A program made the translations under genes and the position numbers. The notes below the pieces were generated by a model. It saw only the letters and a list, made by a program, of their open reading frames with translations. It was not told the origin of the DNA and made no database searches. A stretch of 64,000 nt of DNA, from contig OZ199839.1 in assembly GCA_964304625.1 (NCBI GenBank), forward strand, positions 9,469,979-9,533,978, read 5' to 3'. Below, piece after piece: positions 41,362-55,207 of this stretch. The stretch is from Kudoa neothunni (Eukaryota > Animalia > Cnidaria). Within the stretch, counting starts at the first letter, position 1, and the number at the start of each line of letters is the position of its first letter.

Positions 41362-43005
41362 GGCAATGTCCAAAATTTCGGCATGTTCGCGTATGCTATG
41401 CACAAAATCTTAATTATTATATCCCATGATTTAACTCACTTTTAAAATAATGAATGACAAAAAAAATTTTAAAGATTCAATTTAGAATGTTACCAAAAAT
41501 CACGTTTTCAAATCAATCGACCGTCGCGCATATCAGCGCGCACACGTTTTCGCCCCTATTTTTGACGTAATTAACCGTCAAAAGCATACAATTTTTTATG
41601 ATTTTTAAATCTATATAATTCTTATGTTCATTGAAAAGCGTCTGGAAGGCATTATTTATAGGAATTAACTTTAAGATTTCATTCAGCTAGGTTATTGCAT
41701 CTTTTAAACGTCAATTTTGCAATTGACTTGAATAATATTTGAATATAGTATTATATAATTTATGTTTTAGTTGATATATTATTTTAAAAATCGTTAGTGC
41801 TAAATTCGGTTAATAAATCGTGAGAATATATTAAAGTTTTCACATGCATGATGTAATCAAGAAATATATGAATGATAATATATTATATGCGAATTATTAT
41901 ATCATGAATAATTTAACATTAGAATATATTTTTATATTTTTGTAATGTTTCGCATTATTTTTTGTTATCTTTTATGAAAGCGTTAATTGACTAAGATTCT
42001 TGTACGTATTAAAATGCTTTTTTAAACAATTTGTCCACTATCAAATTATTTTTCTAATTGTTCTCATAGCGCCTCCTTAGTAGATATTCGTCAAATTCAA
42101 CTATTTTATTAGCTCCACCCAATATTTTTCAATATTGAGAATTAAACGGTATATATTTTTATAATATTTATGTTAATACTGGCAATCTACATCTGTGATC
42201 TTCAATACACCAACGATAGATTAATTAAATAAATGAGATACTGGCAATTTCGGCATGTTTTCTCTTAACTTGTTATTTTTACCGAAGGATGTGAAGGTCC
42301 TAGGGAAATTAAGTCCTAAAGTCTCGTATGAAAATTAATATTAAAAATAAAATTAATTTTGACATACATATATGTGTATATTTTTTCATCGCATTATTAA
42401 ATAAATCAGTCAAAGTATCGTTTTTTCCCTTTTTGTCACCTGTAGACGTAGCGTTATATATAAGATAATTTCCCCATACATCAGGGTCTTCATCTGTCCT
42501 TTACCAGAGAGGAAAACAAATAATGCGTTCATGAGGAACAAAATATGGTAAAATTGAAGTTAGGTTATAAAGTCCACCATGATGGTAGAATTATATTGAA
42601 ACAGATTAAAATAATGATGTATAAATTTATCACTATAAATTTTTTAAGAAAGATGACAAGTTACTTTCAATATTAATATTTATCCAAAATTAAAACCAAA
42701 ATATTAAGCATTATTCCTCTTTATGTACAACAATTTATATCAAATGAAATTTTTCCAATGAACGTAAAAATTATAAAAATTGTATACTTTTGAAGGTTAA
42801 TTACGTCAAAAATAGGAGCAAAAATGTGTGCGCGCTGATATGCGCGACGGTCGATTGATTTCAAAACGTGATTTTTGGTAACATTCTAAATTGAATCTTT
42901 AAAATTTTTTTTGTCATTCATTATTTTAAAAGTGAGTTAAATCATGGGATATAATAATTAAGATTTTGTGCATAGCATACGCGAACATGCCGAAATTTTG
43001 GAGCC
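41362..43005. mobile_element. Merlin-derived element with ~240-bp near-perfect TIRs
   Basis: 41369-41607 is the reverse complement of ~42765-43002. An internal minus-strand remnant near 42090-42130 encodes KILGGANKIVEFDE, a Merlin motif. No clear TSD. Confidence 0.8.
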
Positions 43006-45062
43006 GGATATTCCCCCATTACCAAATCAACTATAATGATAAATTATTTTTAAGAAAATTACGCAGTTATAGTAATATTTTTAGGTTTTCTGACAATTAT
43101 ATTGTATAATTCTCGTTCAATATCCGTTTGATGTTTATAACTATTTCAACCTTGATATTTCAAATTATGTCCTAAATCAGGAAAATGAGAGAGGAAATTT
43201 AGATCAGAGTAATTCTTTGGGATCTATTGTCATATTTACGAAATTTTTCATCTCTGTGACAATTAGCACCACTTATAAAATCACTAATATTGGCGTCATT
43301 TTCAATATTGTTTCCGTCCCATACCTTCGCTAATTTTTGAAAAACTTTATTATTTCATATTTCTCTTTTAATTTCCTAACTCAATTTTTATTTCTGTCCT
43401 CCCTTTCGCTACTAATAGAAAACAAAAATCTCAAGGCACCTGATAAGTTACGAACCACACGTCACTACAAAATAATCCATTAAAAACATAACTAATTAAT
43501 TTAAAAATATTTTATTTATATTCTTAACGTTCAAAGAAACTTTTTTAAATTTCTTGAGAAATAAATAACATTATAATCTGATATGTACGTTAATTTTGTA
43601 ATATTTTCCCAACTTACGAACTACACGTGACCCATTCTATACGTATTTTTAGCTGATTTTCTAAATTTGACGCTACAAGTAAATTAACAAATGCTCATGT
43701 ATTTACTAAAAAAAGAATAATCGATAGTTATAAAGTTATTTTCAGGCGTTTAAAAATTACATTCATACACGTTTTACTAAAGAATATATGGGAGACCTTC
43801 GACAATTTTTTTGTTTCTTTCAAATACCTTAATTCAAATTTCACATTAATCCAGTAATATTCATTATTTAAATTCGAGTATAAACATTTATAATATAATA
43901 ATAGTTTGAATAACTGACTTTAACGTGAATTTAAATAACACTTAAATTTTCTCTAACTAATGACACGTGTCGTCAACAAATAATTATAGAATAAGTATAA
44001 ATAATCACTTAATAGATTTTTTTAATTAGTTTTGAAATGATTGAAGTTTAAAAGGTTGATAATATCCCTTTAAAATAATTAAATACCTAAAATAATATTA
44101 ATTTATTACATTAAAACATTTAAATATGTCGAAAGTAATGTGTTCCATTTTCAGTAATTTCCTACAATCAAGGAAGTTCTAACGATCCGTTAGCTTTGGT
44201 ACACGTTTTAATCGGTGATTGAATTTAAACTAATAATATTAATTTCATCAACCACACCAAAGTAATTTTTATTATTAAATATTGTATGAAATGTGGTTGT
44301 CTTATTCATACGCATTTATTCAATTAATGTAAGTAATTGAATAAGGCATGTTAGTTACTTCGATAATAATATTGCATGAAAAGTTCTAATTTAATTTAAC
44401 TTAAATTAATATTTAATTTATATTGTATGCTTATATTTTGAGAATAATGAAAATATTTCTCTATCAAATGAATGAATATAAAGAACGTCTTTTCAGAGAT
44501 CTATTACATAGGTACCACTGAATATTAATTAATTCAAATTTTAGCGCGTCAGAAGATAAATATTTTTCTAGATAGAAATAAAATTACTTTTCTTAATAAC
44601 ATAAATTTTTTCGACTTAAAATTACAATAAATTTAATTAATGCGCGATTCATTTCATAATATATTTCTGACAGAACAATCTAATCTGATGACTTATAAAT
44701 TAATCCCAGTCATTGTATTAAACTCAGAATAAATTAAATGGATCTCGTGATTCGAATGCACTTTAAATATACTTAAAATATATGAGAAAAATTGCATTAT
44801 TTAAATCACTTGAGGTAATATTCAGGTGTACAATAATATATCTGGAAATCTTTACTATTCTAAATACGTTGCGTTATTTTATAGAATAACTAAATATACG
44901 TAAGTGATAAACTATTCAATAAAAACTTATGAAATTATAAGATTTTCAGGACTCAAAATAAAATGAGATTTTGATATTAAACAAATTCAATGCATTAAGA
45001 AAATAAATTCACTGGAGGGGTAATATTCGTGAACACACAATATCACCTTAAATCTTGCGAGA

Positions 45063-48000
45063 ATGAGCTATACTTTTCAGCGCGTTTTTTGGCCAAGTTA
45101 TTTATGGCTACTTTTACTAATCATTGTTGAGACAATAATCGCAAGTTCCTCTTTATTTATTATCAAAATTTGTAATTTCATTACGAAAAGCTGACTTCTA
45201 CTTTGACAAATGTCTTCCACAAACCAACTGTGATGAATGCATTGCAGTAGATGAGAAATGTATTTGGCTGGTATACATTAGACTAGGTAGTTAAAACTCA
45301 AAGCCAATTAATATTTAGCTTAATTTGAACTACACAAATGGAGGGGTTTGTACCAACGCGAGTTACCATCGCTTAATAGACACTCCACACATTCAGCACA
45401 AGTCATCCTTGAATGTAAGCCAAATAATTTGTATAGAACAAAATCTATTTATTTCTCCAAATAGACATTTCCCTCCAAGAAATATCACCTCTCTTTGAGA
45501 GAAAGTATCTCTAAGTATCCTCCCAAAATGTTTACCTTACCTTAGGCGCCAACCCCATGGTCATCCCAATCAACCTTACGTTTGAAAAAAATATCCTATA
45601 TCAAATCTATTTTTTGTTTGATTGGTCAAACACAATAAAACCGTACATTTACTCACTCGAAGAACAACTGTATCAGCTGGGTAGTTTTCGTTGCTAACTA
45701 AATATAAAATTTGTATCTAGAGAATCATTATAAAAATTCTGGGTTCAGGTATTTTCAGTTTGCTATCGGATTATTTACAGACAAATCTTACCCCTTCATG
45801 TACATCTAACAACTTCGATCTAATTTATGACTGACGCCTATTTAGAATAAATGATCATTTTGTACCCGGTTTCAAGCATGTATTAAATTTCACCTCAAAT
45901 CATGTCCACATCAAAGTATACTACGTGGCTGCAAATTTTATTTTTAACATTTTATACTCTTAATCTCGTTCTCTTAATTTATCTTATCATTCCTATAGTT
46001 TATTATATTTTTATTTTAGAACACGATTAATCAACTCCGATCTCTCAACCCCACGAGTATTTCAAAGGGAGAACCTAGCGGAGGGCTTGACGCCCTCATT
46101 CAGGTCCTACTCTGCTCGAATCATGTCCTTTAAACTTAAATTGGCACCAGTTTAAATTTTCTTAGATAAACTGGAATAAAAATTTTGTAACTAAAAAGAT
46201 TATCGTCATGACAACGGATTCGTTTTTGAAGACATCTGGAGAAGGACGAGTATTCTTTATTGTTGCAGTTACATTATATATTACAATAATTTAGGTTATG
46301 TCCATAACCAATGATTTTAACAACAAGTGTAATCTTAACAGCGATGGAATATATGATAAACCTAGGTTATACGTAATACAAAATTGGGGGGAGATTAGGC
46401 GGTGAGGTTTAAATTAAATAGGATTACCCGAGTTATGATGATCTGAGAGAAGCTCTAATAGAGAGTTCAGTTTCGGTGATGTTTTTGACTCACTTAACAA
46501 ATTATGACAATTATAAAGTAATTAATGTAAAAAGTAAACCAATAATAAAATATCTTTAGGAATTACAACAACTATTAGAATCATCGAGTATCATCGCAAT
46601 AAGAGCATTGTCGAGTGAACCTAATAAATTAGGAGAAGCTGTGATCGAAGGAGTACGAGTAATTTAAATTTTTTATGAATAATTAAATTATAAATTTTAT
46701 TGATTTATTTTCTCGCAAAAGGCCATTATAAATATTGATATAATTTTGATTGTTAAATATTTTAAAAAATTTAGAATATTAAAAATTGTAATTTATTCAA
46801 CGAATAAATTGAATATCACAAAAATATATACAATTTATTTATTGTACTTTTAGAAATTGGAATCTAAATTGAAATATTTTGTTGAGATGAGTGAAGCACA
46901 TGAAAGATTTTTAGTCTTTAGGAGGGTGAATGAAACACGCTACAATATTTCAGTGTTTCATGATTGTAAAAATGGGTATGCTGGCGTTAATTTTAGTGTC
47001 GAATTAAAATTTAAGTAGAATTGAATTAAAAGAGTCACGAGATGGGCACAGTTACGAATGTAATGACAGTTATTTTTCATCAGAAGGCACCACAATTAGG
47101 CTTAAAAATATCGGCGAAACTTTTGAGGTGTGATTATCGACGTAACGAAAAAAGTATAAAATCAATATTATCAGAAAAATTAAATTATTTTAAAAGGCAT
47201 TTTTGAAAAATAACCTAAATTCTAATCTACTTAACAATAATTATTTCAATCGAAAAAAATCGAAAGCAGTATTTTTTCCATTAGAGAAAACGTTAGCAAG
47301 CATATTGTGGAGCATGTAGGATCATAAGAATAGTTATAAGTGGGCTACACACCCAATATATTGATATCTCGGAATTGTGTGAGTGTGACTGTACTAAATA
47401 TGATCAAGTATTTTAGTGGATTCATATTTATTTGAATTAAATTCACAAAAAAGAGCTTGTCCACTAAAGATATGTGCATTCACAGGAAAATTCAACATGT
47501 GGAAAATGTACCTGTGACAGTGGATGGTAACTATTTGTTATTAGGTGCCTACTACTGTTAAGAATATGAATTCAGGATTGGATCCAGGTGCAACTGCCAT
47601 CTAGAAAATAAACACTATAGACAGCTTTGAAAATTGTATCACGCAAAGCGACCGGATGACACAAGTCTGCTCAAACCATGGGAGATGTATTTGTGGAAAA
47701 TGCGAGTGCGATTCAATAAAAAGAGTGATCTATACTACAAACGAAAAACTCCTTGCCGCCCATTGTAACTTGATATCATTTGGTTTCACTATTATGGAGA
47801 TGTTCAGGTTCGAAATTACACTTATTATGGTAAAGGATGTGAATGTAAACACATATCACTGTGCGAAATACAATAATGAGCTTTGTGGAGGTGGAGAAAT
47901 AATTTTTTCCCATATAATATTTTTTTCAAGGCCATACGCGAGGAAAATGTGTCTGCAATAAGTGCCAATGTAAAGAGATGTATGACGGGGTTAACTGTGG

Positions 48001-50269
48001 TGAAAAAAAATGTTCACACACATTTTATACTAAACAGTGCCTTTTGTCGACTTTAACAGATTTCAACGAAAAGAAATGGTTCGAAATTAACGTATCAATT
48101 GGGCTCAAACCAACCCCTGGTGTTCGTCGAATGGTAGGTGTGAATGTGGTGTGTGTAAATGTTTCCCCGGTTACGTTGGTAACTTTTGTGAGAAAAATTA
48201 TGTAATTATTCATCATAAAATATCCAGAGTTTCCACCTAATTCATAAAGTGACATAGGTTTTTATTATGCCATAACCTTGCAGTTTATTATTCTTGAAAT
48301 TAAAATGTTGTCATTTTTGATAAAAATTTATTATTACAGCATCGAATCTACTCATACTATCCCTAATTGATAAATAAATTAATAATCTTATTTTAATATA
48401 TTATTCCAACAGATTAATTAGAATAGACAGCCTATAATTCGTCATCTTTATTTCGACAGAATTGCATTTGTTTCAAGATGATCCAATTATTATTTAAATA
48501 GTAATAAAGAATATTTTAAAAATTATAGGATCCAAAAAGATGCATAAAAGTTTATGGATGGCGCAATTTGTTATATAACTAATAATATTATTTAAATTAG
48601 GGAAGAATTTTGTTAAATTATTAAAATATATAATTTTAAATACGTTTTCATTATATAATTATTTTAATTTTACCTATAAATAAATACCATATTGAAATTT
48701 ATTAAATAAAACTATTTTGTTACATCCTTAGAAATATAATTCGATTAATTTTTTTGATGAGCAAATAAGCGTTAATCAGTATCTCAACATATGCGAATTT
48801 TCAATGTTAACTTATAGAATTTAAAGCTTTTTTATTAAAATATGTCATACGATGTTTTAATATACCATAAGACATATTTTAAGTAAAAATTTAATTGGTA
48901 TAATTAAAATCATTTTAAATTTGATTTTTATTAAGTTTTGATATAATAAAATAGTTACGCAAATAAATTGACAAGTATTATCATAGTTAAATTAAAAATA
49001 TAAATTCCCCCGTTTACAGTGTAATTTTAGATATGTAAAAAACGTCTATAATATTATTTTGTAAGTATAAAATAACAAATTCTAAAATTATTTAACAAAT
49101 ATAAGAGAAATAGATTTTTGTATGCTTGGAAAATTGGATATTTTGTTTTTACCACATACATATGATCGAGAAAACATTTATAAGATCAAAGTTCAATGCA
49201 TGTGGAAATTCAGTTAATATACTATTAGTAATAAAATACAATATTATATTTATGCATGTATATTAAATATAATGTTTATGGATTTTATGATGAAAAATTA
49301 AACATGGAAGGGAATTTAAACAATCACATAACATTGAATGTCTGATGTCGCCACAGTAATCTAATTCAATCAAAATTATATAATTATGAAAGATTTTGGA
49401 TTAAATTTATTAAAGTTCATAATTAATAAATTAATGTAAAATACATTTAATCAATTTGAGGATTAATTTAGGGCATGAAGAGGGATTCATACTTTTGCAA
49501 CCGGTACTTTGTAACAATGTGCATAATTTAGAACCAAGATGATATTTGTGTACAGCTGCAAAAATGTGTTCAATGTTGGACGTTCATATTTATCAAAAAT
49601 GATTACAAATTAACTGCTGATCACAGCGCATCAAATAATGCATGTAAAAATTATTGTGATGGTCCGGTGAAATTCGCACCTACCTTAAGTAATTTAAAAT
49701 GACTATTAACGGTGGTTTCACACTTGACTGTGGTGTTAGGTAACTATTCTAACGTGTGTCGAATGTTTCTAAACGAGTCCAAATGCTTGGTGGAATATGT
49801 TGCTCTCAATGGAAATCCATTATCATCCCTTATCAAAACTATAAACAGTTCGATAGGTATCATCATCGAATAATCTGATGATTGAAAATAAATTGAGACT
49901 TATTTTAGATTGCGAATCTCCACCAACTGTGATCACCGCCATTGTGGTTGTTCTGTTGATGTGTTTGGCTGTGGTGGTGTGTCTGATAATTCTATTCTGT
50001 AAACTCGCAGACTATCTTTATGTAAGTATACTAGCTGAATGATTTTAATGAGAGTGTATTTAATAGGAGAAAAATGAGTTAAAACGTTTTGAACGTGAAA
50101 AGCTTCTTTCTGTTTGGTCAAAAGTAATTCATAATGTTAGATTGTGGAGTATTTGATTAATCAAATTATTTAGAATGAAAATCCACTATATAAACCATCC
50201 TTTAAAACGGCCAAAAACCCAGTCTACCAAAGTTCAGAACCTTACAATTCAAACACTGTCATCTCGTAG
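45063..50269 (+). CDS. Integrin beta subunit, divergent, multi-exon; apparent +1 frameshifts at 47487-47490 and 47847-47849
   Basis: Signal peptide; PSI domain (CLPQTNCDECIAVDEKCIW); betaI domain (IYFLFDWSNT, IGLFTDK, GFKHVLNFT, GGLDALIQ, INWN, TTDS, DYPS); I-EGF repeats (CSNHGRCICGKCEC); beta-tail; TM helix; cytoplasmic tail ELKRFEREKLLSVWSKNENPLYKPSFKTAKNPVY with both NPxY motifs. Confidence 0.95.
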
Positions 50270-51449
50270 ACAAATTTGATTATAATTGGAAATATCTTTT
50301 AACTCTAAATCGATATTTTATCATGATTTTGTTAAATTACATTCAATTTTATATTTAAAAAATTAAAATAACCCAATAAATAAATATATATGAAAATTAA
50401 GTAAAGTGATGATATTCCTGTTTTAATAATTATCATTAAAGCTACAATTTGAATAAGGTATCGTTTGGTTAATGAAAATGATATCCGTTCGGACTATAAG
50501 TGCGTATAGGTGACGATTAAATTTTATTCTGTGATTTCTGAGTTGACATTAAATTTAAATGATTACTGGATGATATTTCTTAATCTTTTATGAGTCTGAA
50601 CCTGTCGTTATTAGATCTGAGTATATTGTTTCTAATTCTTGGTCAGAGTGACACATAGTTGTGACGATTCCAACAATAAATGAGTTCTTCTAAACATTTA
50701 ATTAATAAGTTTATTTAAAAATTTTCTTAAACAACTTATATTAGGTAAAAACCAATTTTTCGGTGAAATCATGATGTTTAAATAATTTTGTAATTTATAG
50801 GTTGTATTTTAGATAAACAGTAACAAATATATTCTTTTTACAATTGATTAAAAATATTAAACCATTTTAAAAATTAAATAAGAAATAACCCGATTAAAAT
50901 TTTATCATAAACTTTTGAGATATAACACAACAAAATACATAATATCTGCAAAAACCTAATTTTACGGTTTTCTATTCTCTCAAAATGTTGTGTAATATTC
51001 ATTATTTATTATAATATTTAATAATGTTTAAAAATTATAAATAAAATATGAAAATACGTAACAAATAGGTATAAAACTCCTTTTTGTATAAATAGTTCAA
51101 ATAGAAAAGTGTTGACCAAACGGTTTCAAAGTTTAAAATCTACATGAATTTAGCATAATTTTCGATTATGTAAATATAAAAAAAATACAACAATATGACC
51201 TATACATTACTAGATTTTATCACGAACCTAATCGAAAAAATTTAAATTTTATTTGTAAGATTGAATACCATTTTAAAAATTATATTCAAGATATTTTCAT
51301 TTCATCGTTATATTTCAGTTATATATAAAGTTTGGAATTTTTATCAAACTCAAATATAAAACTTTTTACTATATAAATAAATGGATCATTTAATTAACCA
51401 TGAGGAATATCTTATAGTATAGATTGTATCAGGTATCAATATTATTTAA

Positions 51450-52640
51450 CCCTTCCTCCATTGCGTAAAAAAAATTACGCGTGGTCCGACGTGGGGTACC
51501 TGCCGTACCACAACAAAAATATGCCTTAGCCCATTTTAAATCCATCGAAGTCTACTTAATTTAAAATATCATGGACGTATACATTAATAGACGTTAACAT
51601 AGAGAATTGTTCTATCCTCTGTAGTAAATAAAACGACAATATTGCAAATACAACAAAATGCAAGTACAAGGGCCTACAAACGACCAATTTCCCTATTTTT
51701 CAGCAAAATAATGATTTAAACCATATTACACAATAAATATGGTCGAAACATACAAGTGCACCATTATTAGCAAACAATGTTGCTCACAAAAAATATCACA
51801 AGTTGCCTAACCTTCGTGTTTTATCGGTATAATTGGATTAAGTCTCCCGTCTGGTTTTGATCAAGTTGTGCGTAAGTATTATATGTAATTGCAGGAATCG
51901 AGTTGGTTTAAACTAAAGAATCTATATCTATTTAAAAATGAATGAGGGTTAAACAGACGATAACAATAATAACAACAATAGGTTGAACTTAAGGGTAATG
52001 ATGGAGCGTGTGACTCCTCCAATTTTAGCTTTTTTCCAATTTTTTGTCAGAAATGGTCTCAAAAAGTCTTATTTGCTGTCTCCATCTGTAGCGAATCAAA
52101 ACTTTTCGTCTAATCTCATACATGGCGGCGTAATAAACACGATAATCTTCAATATGCATTGGAGGATTATAGAAGTATACTAAATGAGATCCCAACGGCT
52201 TCCTTAATTATTAACAAGTTTTCTACATTAATTTAAGACAGGAAGTTATCTCAACAAATGAAAAATTTATACAAATTAGGAATGCGGGCAAGCCTCCAGA
52301 TTAGTAAAGTATTATCGGATTAACTTTCGTGAATACCCAATCGGTTTTACTTTGATGAAAACATGCTTTTTCGGATCAATAAAATGTGAATTTTAATTTT
52401 TAAATGATGTTAAAATATATATTAAATAGAAATACAAATTAGTGATACGTTCTTTAAGAAATAATTATTTCTCGATTTTTAGAAGTGTATGATTTTGTTT
52501 ATAAAATTTCGAATACAATTTTTTTGTGTAAATGGAAGCCTTATAAGTTTTTAGTAGCATTCTAAAAATTCTCTTGCTTTGAGTAAAACAACAAATATTT
52601 CTTTTGGGGTATGGCAAATACCCCACCCGGGCAGGAAGGG
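51450..52640. mobile_element. Non-autonomous piggyBac element
   Basis: TTAA flanks, terminal CCCTTCCT/AGGAAGGG, and a subterminal inverted repeat GTGGGGTA..TGCC.TACC.CAA.A.AAATAT. Confidence 0.85.
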
Positions 52641-55207
52641 TTAAAGAATTATGTAACACGAATAATTAAAATTTTTAAATGTTTAAGTTAGTTTATTTAT
52701 TTATTTAAATTTACAAAGTATATAGATTCCATACGTATCATTTATGACTAAATTAGAAGAATCGAAGAAATATGCATATTTAAATTCATTTAAACAGAGC
52801 CGTGATAAGTTTGAATTATTCCTTGAATTATGCGAGTAGTTTATATTGTATTAAAAAAAGAATTACAAATAAAGGTAGTTAAATTAATTTTTTGGATTAT
52901 TTAATATTTCAACGATATTTTTGATGGAAATAGTTGTAGCATGGAGAGAAAAACGAAAACAAGATAAATGTTAAAAAATATAGTTTTTTAGATTCATTCA
53001 TTTAATAACTTTATGTTATATATTTTTTTATAAAAATAGCTTTCTGATCGTGTGTCGAATTATTAAAATTATAATTCAAGATCAACTGATAATCATAATT
53101 ACGTTTCATCGTGGGAACGTCGTTTTTCAACTTCTAAGGATATTAGTTCAGTTTATAAGTTACAGTATTTCAAGATCTAAACGTAACTAGGTCAAATCAA
53201 TATGCAATTTTCTTAGAAATGAATTATTTTAATTATTTATTTTTCTCTTCCATATTAAACACCTTTGAAAATCGGATTAAGTGTGGTGTGAATAATTAAG
53301 CCAGTTTTGTGAGGTAACTTTTACGAGATTCTATATAATTGTGTTTTGTAGTTCCCCTCAATTTTTTTGAAATTTATTCGTTATAATCGTTTCTAAATGA
53401 TGAGAAAATTTTTTGATAGGACTGAGGAATTGCGAATATGGTGGTAAAAATAGAAGCTTATGATTGCTTGTCTGAATTAGTTCCATAATTAAATTTGTTT
53501 TATATAATCTAACATTGTCTAAGAAAGGATAACTCTTTCAATTTCTTCATTATCCAGATTGTTGAATAATTTATTGGTGAAAACAAGAAATATATGTTGG
53601 TTTACAGATCCACATTAGAAATCCAGGCTCTTTCTCAGTTCATGGCTGAAATTAATTTTATATTGTTACATCGGACATTTAAACTTTGAAATTTTCTCCA
53701 ATCTCAAGAATCGTTCTACCAAGTGATCTCATAGTTGAGATGGAAAACCCCAGTTCATCTACATATAAACGACAGGAATATAAAGTGGTTTATTTTTGAG
53801 AAATTTTAGTACATAACTTGATATAAAAAATATTATAATTATTGCACAAATGGATCAGTATCCATTCTATATTTTCTACGTTTATCTCAATTATACATTT
53901 TTAGGATTGTATCTTTAATTTTACCATTCATTATAACATTCAATAAAAAAAATTCGCTACATAACTCAATGCGTTATTTCTTCGCTAAGGATGGTTGCAT
54001 ATGGGTTTTACCTAGTTGCATTTAGATCATGGAATAGTGTATAAACAAATTAATTTGAGTTAATGTCGAATTGTAATTTCCTCCAATACATGGAAGACCC
54101 CATAAAGATAAATTTCATTTTTCGTCATTCCAATACGTCATATTACGCAAATATAAATGTAATTACTATTTTTAAACATATTTATATTTTCCAATCATGT
54201 TTCACCCTATAATACCTTAATTTTATTATTTTTCCCTTTATTTAAAATTATGTGCTTTCTGTAATCTAAAATATTTTTAACTCCAAAAAAATGTTGATAA
54301 CTTGGCATAATTTTTTTTAAGATAAAGGAATATTGGAGTTTAAGTTATATTATTTATTGATAAATTCTCACATTTGATTACTATAAAAGTATAAAACTCG
54401 AATTTTTCGTTTTCAAATATCTTCAAAAATTATTTTATTCTATGTCATCAACTTCATTTTACCAAATAAAATGTTACTCAACGTTTAAATCATAAGTTTA
54501 CTATCTGACACTTATAAAATGCTGTAACACGCTTTAATTTTATTCTAAGAGATCCAAAAGATATATATTAAAATTTTTTAATAATTTTTATACACATTAA
54601 TCGTATCCGATGATTATTTATATCATGCGCATATCTATAAGATTTTAATCGACTTTTAGCTGATAGATGAGTAGTCATTCATTAACTTTTCTTCACACAT
54701 AAACAATTCGAGCTTGTTTTTAACTAACAATAAAATCATCTTTTGAGGCATTATCCGATTTTACTTATAGAATAATTTTTTTGATCAAGTTTATCAATAA
54801 CAAATCTACTTCACATAATCCTTCCTTATTAATAAAAAATAAATAATTATTCTATTTAAACAAAATTCTATGGATAGAAGTTGGTTCATGTTGTTTTAAC
54901 AATTTTGTTTATTATACTATATTTTTAATATTAATTTATACTTATTAGACTAAAAATTATAAAAAAATGTAGAATTGTAACATTCTTAATTGTCATTACA
55001 AATTAGTTTAATATTTGATGAATATAAAGTTTTAACAGAAATGGCTACTTAAAAAATATAGAGAACTGTTATTTCTGTTTGTCACGACTCATTTTGATTA
55101 TTAATACTGTCAATCAGATTAAAACTAAACAATGAATAACCACATTCACGATTTATACATTAAACATTAATCCATCTTTCATATCAAGAATTATAGTGAA
55201 CATAAAT

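Noticed and set aside
43100-45000. Possible hidden genes in AT-rich stretches (also 52.7-55.1 kb and 59.9-61.2 kb)
   Set aside because: I could not read any spliceable frame with recognisable motifs; small-exon genes cannot be excluded.
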